A stretch of 64,000 nucleotides of DNA from Narcine bancroftii. Its lineage: Eukaryota. The translations under genes and the position numbers were made by a program. The notes below the pieces were generated by a model. That model did no database searches and was not told the DNA's origin. It saw only the letters and a list, made by a program, of their open reading frames with translations. This document shows positions 1 to 12,768 of this stretch, one piece after another; position 1 is the first letter of the stretch; the number at the start of each line of letters is the position of its first letter. The stretch is taken from the NCBI RefSeq assembly GCF_036971445.1, contig NC_091472.1, positions 182,838,001 to 182,902,000 on the forward strand. The letters run 5' to 3'.

Positions 1-1010
1 GTCATTTTTTTTATGTTCCCTGCCAACTTTCTCTCATAATCTCTTTTGCCTTTCCTGATTAATCCCTTTGTCTTCCTCTGTAGAACTCTGAATTTCTCCC
101 AATCCTCTGGTATTCTGTCTTTCCTGGCTAGTCTATACACTTCCTCTTTACACTTGATACTCTCCCTGATTTCCCTTGTTATCCAAGGATGTAGTACCCT
201 CCTTGAGTTATTCTTTTTCCAAACCGGGATGAACAAACGCTGTATTTCATCCAGGTGATCCTTAAATGCGTGCCATTGCCTTTCTACAGTTAATCCTTTA
301 AGTAACATTTGCCAATCTAACTTAATCAATCTGTCTCATACCCTCAAAGTCATCCTTCTTTAAGTTCAGAACCTGAGTTACAGAATTGACCCTGTCACTT
401 TCCATCCTAATGTAAAATTCCACCATATTGTGGTCACTCTTGCCCAAAGGGCTTCGCACAACAAGATTATTAACTAACCCTTCCTTATTACTCAGAACCC
501 AGTCTAGAATGGCCTGTTCCCTCGTTGGTTCTTCAACATACTGGGTTAGAAAATTATCCCGTATACCTTCTAAGAAATCGTCCTCATCAGTACCCTTACC
601 AATTTGATTCATCCAGTCTATATGGAGATTAAAGTCACCCATTATAACTGCCTTGCATTTGTTGCACACATTTCCAATTTCCTGTTTAATGCCATCCCCA
701 ACCTCTCTACTACTGTTAGGTGGTCTATATACAACTCCCACTAACGTCTTCTGCCCCCTTGCATTTTGCAGCTCTACCCACATTGATTCCACATCATTCA
801 AGCTAACATCCTTCCTTTCTATTGCTTTTAACTCCTCTCTAACCAACAATGCTACCCCACCTCCTTTTCCTTTCTGTCTGTCCCTCCTGAATATTGAAAA
901 TCCATGAATGTTAAGCTCCCAGCCTTGGTCCCCTTGAAGCCATGTCTCTGTGATCCCAACTATATCATAGTCATTTACAGCTAACTGCACATTCAAATCA
1001 TCCACCTTAT
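1..1010 (-). mobile_element. CR1-clade LINE fragment (ORF2 APE endonuclease), runs off window start
   Basis: ORF 322..1005 has endonuclease motifs GITETWL, GVVYRPP, IMGDFN, LDWVL, SDHN. Confidence 0.92.
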
Positions 1011-1146
1011 TATGAATTCAGAGCCTTAACCCTATCACCATTATGCTGTAAAGTGGCCCTTTTACATTTTTGCCCTGAGGTTACCTTTTGCTTTTCGATA
1101 TGCAAGAGATGCAACACTTGTAAATGCTAAGCAATGTCATTTAGAT

Positions 1147-1376
1147 CAGCCATTCTCAACCTTTTTTGGCCATTTCCCCCTAGGACTCTGCTCAAAGTTT
1201 CTGGGCCCCCTTCCCTGTGAAGCAGTCACTTGTTGGGTTCTTCTGTTCTTCTCTCCTACTGACTACATAAAAGCACAAAAGATATTTATGTGAAAAGAAA
1301 ACAAGACTTTAACTAAATGTGCTGTTCCCCCACCCCGGGGTTGCTGTAAGCCCTCCCCCTCTGTTGTGAATGGCTG
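1147..1376. mobile_element. hAT-like MITE
   Basis: TIR cagccattctcaac / gttgtgaatggctg (13/14); degenerate 8-bp flanks atttagat / atttcaac. Confidence 0.6.
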
Positions 1377-2748
1377 ATTTCAACAATACACATGTTTAAA
1401 AAAATTGTGCTTAATTAGAAAATCCTAAGCATTGAGAAGGTTCTTGAAGTACTTCAATAATCTGTTGGGTAGATGTTCCATGATTCATGCTCAGTGACAA
1501 TGAATTATTTCAAAGTCAGGATAATATTTGTCTTGGGGAAATGTGAGGATGATCATGTTCCCCTGTGCATGATGGTGGAAGTTGCTAGTTTTGTTGTAAG
1601 AAAAGACTAACTGAATCTCTGCAATGTCTTTTGTAAATGGCATATAATTCAGCATTGGTATCACATGGTGGAGGGTAGTAATGTTTAGGATGGAGTGTCA
1701 AATCAGGCGGATGGCTTTTTCCTGGATGCGTTGAACTTCTTGAGTGTTGTTGGAACTGCTCTTGTCCAAGCAAGTGGAAAGTATTCCATCTCACTCCAGA
1801 ATTGTGCCTTGTAGAAAGCATCGACAATGACAGATGAAAAGTCATTGATGAAGCACCTGAAGATAATTGGACCAAAGTCCTTGCCCTGAGGAATTCTGTC
1901 AGTGATTTCCTGGGGCCATGATGATTACCTTGCAAAAACTAGTACAATCATTATTTGATCATAATAGGACTCCAATCATTGGAATGTTTTCGTTTTGTGG
2001 CTATTGATTCAATATTACCAGGTTTATATTTAATGGGCGCATATCATGCAAGAATTGCAATTTCACACCAATGCATGTTTCACAACATATAATTGTTTCT
2101 GGTGGAGGTAGCCGAAAAGGAATTCTAATTTTGAGTTCCATTTGCCTCGCCTGCAGGAATCTCAGGGTTGTATGTGATGTCATGTATGTACTCTGGCAAT
2201 AAATCTGATCAAGGCTATACAGTGTAAATGGGTATAAAACACCATTAATCTCATACTCATACTGCAATACCATCTGGTTTACTGAATTCCACTTGCATGT
2301 CAGTGACTGCAGCACAATTTTCTAACATTTTCGAAGCTCTCACCAGTAAATAAAACCTCATCCTTTCTGTTTCCCACAATGAAGTTGATAATCTTACTCT
2401 TCCCACCCACCCCACCCCCACCCTTGCACGGTGTGTGGTTTCAACTGGCCAGTACTTGGACAAGGTCCACTGACCAGAACATGCTGAGGCATTAGTGAGG
2501 GGCTTTCAAGTTTTGCACGGCACCGCCAGATCCGCCGAGACTCGGGGACCTGAATCATTAACCCACTCTCTATCGATGCTCGCTATTTTTACTTGAGAAG
2601 CAGATGGCAGCAAGTTTGCTTTCGATGAGATGTCAACATCCGTCGGCTTGCCCGCCCAGCTCCATGGTGCACCGCCTGTCCGGGGCCAAAACAAAGTTGC
2701 GCGGCTTAAAACTCTGACATTAAAAGTGCAGCCGGTCACATTTCCTAC

Positions 2749-2833
2749 TTTCATTGGGGATCTCCTCTCTGTTTCTGCCCGCGTTGTCGTCTGTCAGGAT
2801 GAGAGGGACGTCATCATCGTCTGGCAGCGCCAT
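2749..2833 (-). CDS. TPCN1: Two-pore channel 1, first coding exon; rest of gene lies left of the window
   Basis: MALPDDDDVPLILTDDNAGRNREEIPNE resembles the TPC1 N-terminus (DDDVPLILT dileucine sorting motif); donor AA|GTAGGA at 2748; head-to-head with IQCD. Confidence 0.85.
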
Positions 2834-3073
2834 CGCCGGCTCGTCGCAGCCGCTTCTAGCCGCACTCACACCGCTCAATCTAACTTCACGCCGCCCTTTC
2901 TCCTCTTTGGCTGCTGATTGGTTTAAACCCTCTGCCAATCAAAAGCGTAGGGAACCATCAAGTTTGGTCTCGGCCCGTTTCCCGAGCCAGTCCCGCCCTC
3001 CGAGTCGAACGCGTGACGGGGGAGCCAGGGGGCGGGGCGGGAGGGTCACGGGGTCAGAGGGAAAAGGTGGGCG

Positions 3074-3087
3074 GGTGCCTTAGCAAC
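3074..3087 (+). promoter_or_regulatory. RFX X-box
   Basis: GGTGCCTTAGCAAC matches consensus GTTGCCATGGCAAC at 11/14, upstream of a motile-cilia gene. Confidence 0.7.
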
Positions 3088-3089
3088 GG

Positions 3090-3258
3090 AACAAGCGCAG
3101 CGAGGGGCTGATGTCGAGGTGAAGGATCGACCGCGGGATTTCCAGCCTCCTGACCAGCAGCTCCTCCCCACCCCCCGGGGCAGCAGAAGGGAAGGCGCCC
3201 GACCTGCCGCCGGGCTGGACGACTGGGAGCCGTGAACGGCCACTGTCGCCGCAGAAAC
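3090..3258 (+). other. IQCD: Putative non-coding first exon of IQCD (start approximate)
   Basis: Follows the X-box; donor AAC|GTGAGC at 3259; acceptor at 5762 precedes the ATG exon. Confidence 0.5.
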
Positions 3259-3999
3259 GTGAGCTGTCGGAAACGCCACTTGTTGGTCCAGGTCCCACTG
3301 ACTCAATTGCTCAGAAAGAACCCGGCTGCGCCCTTTCAAAACCAAAGCCGCTTTCAGGTGGCCAGAATACCCGACTGTAAAGCCCCTATTCGATCCCAAC
3401 CCGGCTGTTGGGAGGCCGCCTGAAAGAGGAGCACTTACCTAACCCGCCTCCTGTCTGTATATTCTCCGGCTCCGAGAATCCCCCGTTGCACCTGAGAGCA
3501 GCAGCGGGACGACGGCCACAGTCGGCGATCGCTCGGACGCGGCTCTCCTTAAACCGGCACCTTCACGTCTTCTCCGCAGCCACCTGAACGTCCCAGCTGC
3601 GCTCCCCCAGCCCCGTCTGCTGGCGCATTATCTGGGTCTGAGCACCTGAAAGTGGCTTGGATCATAGGTGGTGGCGAGTTGATTTTTCAGGTTGGTGTGG
3701 AAACCAGTTAATTGAAGAGCACTCCATTAGCACAACGGTGACAGTATTTTAAAAGAACGATTGGTTGTTAAGCCAGACAAGGAATCATAAAAGGAGACCC
3801 AGGCTGGAATTCATCCCGATGGAATTGTAGACAGAAATAAAATGGCCCAAACAGAAATTTAGAGGATGCAGTCAAGCTCAAATTTCATCCGAGGCCTTGA
3901 ACTGTTTAAAAATGCATAGGGTAAGCCAGGCAAAGTTAATTGACCTCATGAACGAACCCCATAAACTTGAGAGTGGAAATCAACTTGTGGAGGTTTATC

Positions 4000-4303
4000 T
4001 TTCTTTGGCTTGGCTTCGCGGACAGAGATTTATGGAGGGGGTAAAATGTCCACGTCAGCTGCAGGCTCGTTGGTGGCTGACCAGTCCGATGCGGGACGGT
4101 CGGACACGGTTGCAGGGGAAAATTGGTTGGTTGGGGTTGGGTGTTGGGTTTTTCCTCCTTTGCCTTTTGTCAGTGAGGTGGGCTCTGCGGTCTTCTTCAA
4201 AGGAGGTTGCTGCCCGCCAAACTGTGAGGCGCCAAGATGCACGGTTTGAGGCGAGGTCAGCCCACTGGCGGTGGTCAATGTGGCAGGCACCAAGAGATTT
4301 CTT
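4000..4303 (-). mobile_element. RTE LINE 3' fragment
   Basis: Very similar to the 3' end of the 23341-25398 element. Confidence 0.95.
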
Positions 4304-4609
4304 TATATTATTTCACCTAATGGCCTGAATATGCCTGAGCTTGTCTGATCTCGGAAGATAAGCAGGCTTGGGCACTGGTCAGTATCTGGAGGGGAGACTG
4401 CCTTGGAACACTGGTGGCCGTCGATTTCTGGGAAGTGCGCTGGACAAAGTAATGACTGTCTGTCTTACAGTAGAGAAAAGTTAAAGATTTTCATATATAT
4501 TACATGACAATAATGGAACCTTTACCTTTGTAAGAGACTCTCCCTTTTTAAATAACGAACCATTTACTTTTATTTGGTGTCTTTAAAACGGTACATTGTT
4601 TAAGGGTCC

Positions 4610-4800
4610 TTTGGCTTGGCTTCGCGGTTGAAGATTTATGGAGGGGGTAAAAGTCCACGTCAGCTGCAGGCTCGTTTGTGGCTGACAAGTCCGATGCGGG
4701 ACAGGCAGACACGGTTGCAGCGGTTGCAGGGGAAAATTGGTTGGTTGGGGTTGGGTGTTGGGTTTTTCCTCCTTTGTCTTTTGTCAGTGCGGTGGGCTCT
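4610..4800 (-). mobile_element. RTE LINE 3' fragment
   Basis: Very similar to the 3' end of the 23341-25398 element. Confidence 0.95.
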
Positions 4801-5818
4801 AATAATTAGAAAGTTGACGTTGAATTACACATCAACAAACAGTTTAAGGAGTGACCCTGAGAAGATAAAAGCACAATGACTTAGGAAAGAAATTCCAAGT
4901 GTTTCTACCCCAGGCAGCTGAAAGCATGACATCAGATAGTGGAATGTTAAAAATCTGAGACCAGAATTGGAAGAAAGCAGAGCTCTCACCCAGAGAAGAA
5001 TGCTCTTGCACGGAGAAATGACTGACATTGCTCAATTCCCAGTTTAGCAAAATGGGGACATGGAGTTAATGAATTGTGTGAAATTAACATTCCAATAATT
5101 TCAGAGATAATTTTTGGAAGCAAAAATACATAAATGTTTAATTTTGATATGTATTTACCTATTTTTATTGTACCTGTAATTCAATATAGCCCAACTGGCT
5201 CTGATACAGCCAACCCAACAGGTCTCAAATGTTTCCATTAACTAGCCCAATGGTGCAGATTTGGTAGTGAATGATAAAAGCAGTAATGGTAGTCAGAAAG
5301 ATTCCCAGGGTTAGAACCATAGCACAGAAACAGACCATTCAGCCCATCAAGTTTGAGATAAACTATTATTTTGTCCATACCTATTTGCCTGCACCCTTCC
5401 CATCCATGTATCTATCCAAATTATACTAAAATGTCAAAATCAAGCAGGCATTCACCACTTCAGGACAGAACCTATGAACTGACTCCTCCTGCCATGGCCA
5501 CACCAAGCCTCAGATGTTAACCTTTGCATTCTAGAAAAAAATGTGTCAAGTGTGACATTGTTTAAAATCCTTTCCAAAAAGTCAGGACATTTTGATTTGC
5601 TGCTACTTTTTCATCAGGTGAACATTGAGGCATTCGATGTAGCTTTGACTGCTGTAGCAAACTGCAGCATCAGTTGAATGGTTAAACTCTGTCAATGGTT
5701 TCAAGGAAAGATTTTCAGAAGAATAGTTCTTCAAACTTTTAAAGTGCTTTCTTTTGTTTCAGCAAGATAGCTCACTGAAGATTTAAAGGCATCAAGGAAT
5801 ATATCGAAGAAAGAAATA

Positions 5819-6538
5819 ATGGCAACTGAAACAATAGAACAGAATCACCAGAGAGAAGCCACAAGTGTTGAGATCATTGACGGAACCACAATTGATTATG
5901 ATCTAAATTCTTCGCAAAGAGTGGATGCTCTACAAATTTTGGAACCAGTTAAAAGAAAGCTTGCGTCAGTTGAAGCTGAAAGAATTATTTCAGTTATTGA
6001 ATTGGCTATTGAGAATTTGGAAAGAGTGACTTTGATTTCCCATGTAGCTTACAACCTCAACAGGTTTAGTGTTGCTGTTGGTTTAGAATTGACTTGTGCA
6101 TTAAGGGAGCATGTTAGACTAGAGCAACACTTGCATTTTGCCATGAGTACATTGAATGAGGAAGAGTCTGAAGTGGAAAAGGAAAATAACAAGCACAAAG
6201 TGAAAACCAAAGCAGAGAAAACAAACAATGTCGAACTCCTTCATTGGGCTCTCAGCAGCTCGGTTAAAAACATTCTCCGGCTCTTTCGGGGCAATCCCTC
6301 AGCATGTCAAATAATCCGAACCGGATGTAAAGCACGGAAACCTCTTTGTTTAGGACTTATTCTGGCGCTAAGGAAGCTGAGAAATATTGTGTTTGGGAGA
6401 CTTTTGATATCACCTTTGGAAGATAAGGAAAAATCCGAGTTTGTGAAAAACATCACGTTACAAAATAGACAAAACGCAGAAATTATTGCCACTTTGGAAG
6501 CAGAACTGGCAGCAGCCAGCCAAGATAAAGAAAATGAG
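5819..6538 (+). CDS. IQCD: Dynein regulatory complex protein 10 (IQCD), coding exon 1
   Basis: Acceptor tttcag at 5762; LEPVKRKLASVEAERIISV and SSVKNILRLF are IQCD-like; donor GAG|GT at 6539; 720 nt, phase 0. Confidence 0.92.
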
Positions 6539-6989
6539 GTCATTCTTACTCATTATTAATCTGATACCTTTTTTTGCAGGATGCTATGTATAATTCAGCA
6601 GCTTCACTAAATTTAGATTGTGTAATTACATGGAGGAATCTATATATCAGATTCTAAAATATATTGCAATGTCAAATTGGGGTCTGTCTTATATACACAC
6701 TTGGCAAAAGACAGTATTGCTTTTCAGTTTGATATATTTTAACTAAAATATAGATTTCTGAAAATGTATAAGTGATAGTGTTTTGCTTTCTGCATTGTAC
6801 ACAAAAGTTAAAATGACAGTTTTACATAATTTGTACACTTTATTATTCTTGCCCAACAGTTATGAAGACAGGGTAAAACAAAATATATCTTAACACTGCC
6901 TGTCCTCATAACAGAAGGCAGACCTAACTAATCTTAATGCTAATCCTTGCAGGTATTGACCATACATCTCATCTTTCCTAATTAAATAT

Positions 6990-9265
6990 TGCTGTAGGAA
7001 TAAAAGTGGTAATAATGTGCAAAAGGCAGGAAACTGTAGGCCAGTTAATGTTTGTGGTTGGGAACATTCTTTCTTTCAATCTTTTTATTGGTTCCTGAGA
7101 AAATAATAATATCAAATACATATGATATAAAGTTCAGGTTAAAGTATATTAAAATTAGAGTAAACTAGATAAATAAGATCCATGTTGCTGATTTTAAAAA
7201 AGAAAAATTATGTGAATGAATGCAATCAAAGTCAGACGTCAACTACTAATTTCAATACTAAGAGTTCAAAAAATGAAGAAAAATAAAATTTTTTAATAAA
7301 GAACAAAAATAATTGATCTATAAATTTTGAAAATAATTGAATAAAGAACCCCAAAGAGAACTTTTTAAACTTGTTTTAGTAGTTGAGGACCTAATTTTCT
7401 CTAGAGAAGGGGATGCCATCAAATCCAATAACCATTATGTCTGTGTGGGAGAGACAACATCTTTCCACCGCAGCAAAATGAGCCTTCTAGCGATCAGGGA
7501 AGCAAAAACAACTACATGGGATTGAGACAGAATCAAAATTAAGTCCATTAGTCCACTCATTCCAAAAATAGTAATAAAAGGACGGAATCAGATATATAAA
7601 GAATTATAAATAGTGTACTAAATACTTCTTTAACTCCTTACCATTGAGGCTTCCCCAAGACTTGTATTTTAATCTTTTCTGGGAAGTATATAATTCTAGA
7701 CCTATTCAGAAAGGACTGCTTTGAGCCCTTTATGAACTACTTAAGATTTAGCGATAGTTCTTCATCTAACCAAAAGAAAGTTTGGGAACATGATTTTCAA
7801 CAATTGTTTGATAAAGATAGAGAGGAGTCTATTTTGAAAAATGTACTTTCATCCTCTCTCTGCTAGACATTACTTATTACAATTTAAAGTAGTTCATAGG
7901 GCCCACTATTCCAAAGTTCAATTAGCTAAATTTTATCCCAATATATCCTCTAATTGTAATGCGTACAACTTAGGAAGGTACTTTATATCATATATTCTGT
8001 TTGGAAACATTCTTGATATGATCTTTAAAGAAGAAACAGCAATACATCTGTTTAGAAATTGTTCCATCAGGCAGACACTGCATGGATTCAGGAAGGGCAG
8101 ATAATGTTTGATGAATTTACTAAAGTTCTTTGAGGGTATAATGAGTAGTGGATAGAAGAGAATGGATGGATGTTGTATTCTTGGATTTCCAGAAGGTATT
8201 GCAAAAGGTGCCACATCAAAGACATATCCATATGATAAAGATGCTTGGAGTTGATGGCAATGTATTAGCGTGGAGAAAGAATTGGTTAACCCATGTAGAT
8301 GGTTGGAATAAATGGGCGTTTCTCTGGCAGTAATGAGCAGTGCTTGGCACATCTGTTCACAATATGCATTAACTTTTGCAAGAGGAGGCTGAGTTTAGCC
8401 TGTCTATGTTTGCTGATGCCACTAAACTGAGTGGAAAGGCAAATAGTGCAGAAGCTGCAGAGAGTCTACAGAGAAACATAGCTAGGTTAAGTGAGTAGGT
8501 AAGGCTCTAGCAGTTGGTAAATCCAAGATCATTGACTTTGGAAGGAAAATAGTAATCAGATTATTATTTAAATATTGAATGATTGTAACATGCTGTTGTC
8601 AAGAGGCACTGGGAGTGTTTGTGCATAAATTACAAAAATTAACTTTGCAGTTAAGGTGGCAAATTGGACTTTGGCCTTCATTGTGAAAGGGATTGAATTT
8701 AAGAGCAGGGAGGTTCTACTTCTCATGTATAGGTGAAGCTGCACCTCCAGTTCTGATCTCCTTCCTGGAGAAAGGATAATATTAGCTTTGGAGCAAATGG
8801 AGAGAAATTCGGCAGATTCATTCAAGAAATGAAAGGGTTACCCTATGAAGAGAGATTAAATTTCCTGGGTCTATACTTGATGGAATTCAGAAGAATTAGG
8901 GAGGATCTTATAGAAACATATAAAATAATGAATAAGATAGATAAGATAGCAGCAGGACAGTAGTTTCCATTGATAGATAAGACTAAAGCTCAGGGTATCA
9001 CCTCAAGATTCAGGGGAGTAATTTTGGATGGAGGTGAGGTGGAACTGTTTTCCCAGATGCTGTGGATTTTTTTTGTCCAAGGAAGCAATAGGGGCTGCCT
9101 CATTAAATACATTTAAGACACATTTAGAATATTTTTTATATAGTAGGGGAATTAAGGGCTATGGGGAAAAGATGGAGCTGAGTCCAGGGCCAGATAGCCA
9201 CTATCTTTCTGAATGACTGAACAGACTAAAATAGGCCAGATGGCTCCCATTTCCTATGTTCTAAT
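6990..9265 (+). mobile_element. Decayed CR1 LINE (RT to 3' end) interrupted by an L1 at about 7073-8000
   Basis: RT remnants (DVVFLDFQK, FADATKL); CR1 3' end similar to 34320-34953. Confidence 0.85.
7073..8000 (-). mobile_element. L1 3' fragment with 5' inversion
   Basis: Minus-strand ORF2 C-terminus (FASLIARRLILLRWK...LEKIR) and AATAAA at about 7073-7640; plus-strand upstream part (LLQFKVVHRAHYS) at about 7640-8000; about 14-bp TSD ttgg(g/a)aacattctt. Confidence 0.8.
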
Positions 9266-9696
9266 TACTCCTCCCCCCTCCCCCTCCCATCACTACAACT
9301 CTAGCATGGGACACCTTGAAAACTACTAAGATTCATACAACCAAGCCTTTGTACAAACAAATGAATGTCACTTATTAAGAGAAAAATCATCACTGCAGAC
9401 ATTTTGATCCTTATTACAGTAATACACATTGATCTTATAAATTTGTATTTTGTTTCAGAATATCGGAACAGAATTCACCTTATTCATCCCTGATGCAAAA
9501 TTTCTAATTCTGTAATGTTTACAACTACATTAGGTGTGCAGTAATTATTTCTGATTTACATACAATGTGAGAGCAGTATGATATTGTCCCATTTATTGCA
9601 TTATAAAGACATGTTGTATTAAAATAATGGTCTCGCAGAAAATAAACAGAGCTGCTGTATTATGTGATTTCCTGCACATCTGATAATTGCAAGTTG

Positions 9697-10364
9697 GATA
9701 AGCGTATACAGAGCCGTTGTCATACCCACACTCCTGTTCGGCTCCGAATCATGGGTCCTCTACCGGCACCACCTACGGCTCCTAGAACGCTTCCACCAGC
9801 GTTGTCTCCGCTCCATCCTCAACATCCATTGGAGCGCTCACACCCCTAACGTCGAGGTACTCGAGATGGCAGAGGTCGACAGCATCGAGTCCACGCTGCT
9901 GAAGATCCAGCTGCGCTGGATGGGTCACGTCTCCAGAATGGAGGACCATCGCCTTCCCAAGATCGTATTATATGGCGAGCTCTCCACTGGCCACCGTGAC
10001 AGAGGTGCACCAAAGAAAAGGTACAAGGACTGCCTAAAGAAATCTCTTGGTGCCTGCCACATTGACCACCGCCAGTGGGCTGATAACGCCTCAAACCGTG
10101 CATCTTGGCGCCTCACAGTTTGGCGGGCAGCAGCCTCCTTTGAAGAAGACCTCAGAGCCCACCTCACTGACAAAAGGCAAAGGAGGAAAAACCCAACACC
10201 CAACCCCAACCAACCAATTTTCCCTTGCAACCGCTGCAATCGTGTCTGCCTGTCCCGCATCGGACTGGTCAGCCACAAACGAGCCTGCAGCTGACGTGGA
10301 CTTTTTACCCCCTCCATAAATCTTCGTCCGCGAAGCCAAGCCAAAGAAGAAAGAAAAGAAAGAA
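9697..10364 (+). mobile_element. 5'-truncated RTE LINE with GAA-rich tail
   Basis: ORF 9866..10294 matches the C-terminus of ORF 23391..25604 except for one residue; perfect 11-bp TSD gataattgcaa at 9682-9692 and 10365-10375. Confidence 0.97.
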
Positions 10365-10451
10365 GATAATTGCAAATAACTAATCACTATGAACACCATC
10401 AACTGTTCTTTAGTAACTAAATTTAACTACTTCTGTTGATATATTTTTAAG

Positions 10452-11486
10452 TGTTAGGAGTCCAGAGGATACCAAAATCTAGCAGCAATAGAAATTAACC
10501 AAGACAAATGGTTACTTAAACAAAAGTTGTTTTTAATTCTCTTTAAACATTAAAACAGGATCAAACTTTAACTTGTTACTATTAACTTATCCCCCTTCTA
10601 ATTCTAAGCGCGTGAGTATGTAATGTGTATAAGTTTAGAAAAGTTCTTTGATTCACAGTCCAATCTCACTTCTCAATCCTCCATGTTCACCGGCATCCGG
10701 CAATTCTTGTACTGTGCACAGAAACTAACAATGACGAATCTTCACCAGGATCTGGTGCTTACAGGTTAATATTGGTAAATGAAGGTTCTTGTTGGTTTCA
10801 GGGAGAGATTTGTTGCTCATTGGACACACATAAACTGATTCCCTCCACCAGTAACTTTAGTGTCTTGGCAAAGAAACTTTCTCCATCATGGGTTTTCCAA
10901 ATGATAACCTCTTCTTCCAAGTCACCAGAGTTCCTCTTGTTTCCCTTGTTTCAGGAGAAACACTCTAGTCAGCTATTTCTTCTTGTAAGGACTATAAGTG
11001 GGTTTCAACAGCCTGAACTCAGAACTCACAACCTGAATTCAGAATGGGGTTTTCAACAAGCTGCCCGCTTGCCATGTTGCAGCCTCCAAAAGCCATTGCA
11101 GAACAGTTGAACTCTCTCTCCCTCTCTCAAAGAAAAATCCTGTTTGTTTTTTTTCCTCTCTCTCTGCTTGCAAAACCACATGACCCCTCTAAGAACAGCA
11201 AGCTGCAACCAGGCAGATTGCTAGCACCGGATTCAGTTTCCATTTAGTCTGTTGTCCATTTAGTCCACAACATCAGTCCAATTAATGCCTACTTGTGAAG
11301 TCTCCATAGGCATTCTTCAAAGTTTCTGTAAAGTCACTGTGGGACATGAAGTCTCTCCTTATGCATAGCTCTTGCATTTTAAATGAGATGTCTTTTGTAA
11401 GGATCTGTGAAGTGACCTACGCTAAACCTCCACAATCTATCTCTTTTAAAGACAAATTAATATATAATATAAAATACCCCATAACA
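10452..11486 (-). mobile_element. Solo LTR, same family as 56263-57157
   Basis: TGT...ACA termini; flanks taag / aaag; end-to-end similarity with 56263-57157; strand tentative. Confidence 0.75.
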
Positions 11487-12534
11487 AAAGGAACATTGAA
11501 TGTAGTGAATCATTAGTTCGGTATAATTCCAAAAATGTGAAGACTGAAGCAATAAGAAGCATCTTAGTCCATAACCATCTGGATAATCAGCCAGTCCACC
11601 ATCATCTATAAAGATTGCAGAACTTGGTTTGGACTAAATGCTGTTTATTGGACACTGCTGCAACTAAAGAAAGCGTGCAATTTTCTTCTGAACCACATTT
11701 GATAATACTACAAACAAGCATCCCAATTGAACATCAACACAACTTTTCTATTTTTTGTATTAAGTAAAATTGATTGTTTCGATGCTGTTAAAGCTATTGG
11801 ATAGATTATGTTATTTCACAATCCAATTCTTCAGAACTCCATCAAATAAAATCAGCGAGGATATACCTATTGCATACTTTGTAGAATCAATGATTTAGCA
11901 TAACAGGACATTATTCCAATAATCTCTTTGAAAGAGCTATCCAATTTAACCCAGACTGCTGTCCCCATAAACCATTCATCCACCTGTTTGAGTCACATCT
12001 CTTGCTACTGCCATATTATCATAATTCCATGAGCTGGTAGTGCATGAAGTTCACCATTATTTATGACTTACTGATATTTATGACCGTACACTCAAAGCTT
12101 ATTCTAACCTTAAATTCCCACTGAATTTTCACTCACAGGGAAAACAAGTGGTTATCTTCATAAAAGTAATTGCAGGAGAAAAATCAGATGGGGAAAAAAA
12201 CCTAAATTCATTCCATTGATAGTACTAATAACTTTTATATGGATTTCTTCAAATGTGGTTTGAACAATTCAACAAGGTTTAAGGTTTTAAAAAAAAAACA
12301 TGGGTTGCAACTTTGTGTAACAGATATATTTAGACATACATTTTGCAACATGGTAGCAAAATATTAAAACTAATACTGTACTTTAGATTATGAGAGAAAT
12401 TAGGAGACTAAAATCAGTCAGGTGCTTGTACTGTACAAATCTGTAAGTGACATATATTTAATGTATTTAAGAAAATTCTTTATAAGGAGATGTAGTAGTA
12501 TATTTAACATCAGTATATTATGTTCTATTTCCAG

Positions 12535-12768
12535 ATGTTGAAGAAGAATGAAATAATTCGAAAACTCAAAAACAACCTACTTCAACTTGACTTACTCTCA
12601 GAAGATTACATTTGTCAAATTACACAAGATTCAGAAAAACAGCAGCTGGCTGACCAAAAAGATTCAGAAGCGAGAGTCATCAAGTTACAAGAAGAAATAT
12701 CTCAACTCCAAACCCAAATGAATAACTTGAAAACAGAACATAGATCTTCTGAGCAAGCATTGAGAAGG
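12535..12768 (+). CDS. IQCD: IQCD coding exon 2
   Basis: ttccag|ATG...AGG|GTAC; 234 nt; coiled coil MLKKNEIIRKLK...HRSSEQALRR. Confidence 0.9.

Larger units (their letters stand above)
2500..3650. promoter_or_regulatory. CpG island / bidirectional promoter TPCN1-IQCD
   Basis: CpG-dense; CCAAT boxes near 2916 (attgg) and 2935 (ccaat); GC boxes near 2992 and 3030. Confidence 0.85.

Noticed and set aside
2506-3423. Overlapping ORFs in the CpG island as extra genes
   Set aside because: Expected from stop-codon scarcity in GC-rich DNA; only 2749-2833 shows recognisable homology
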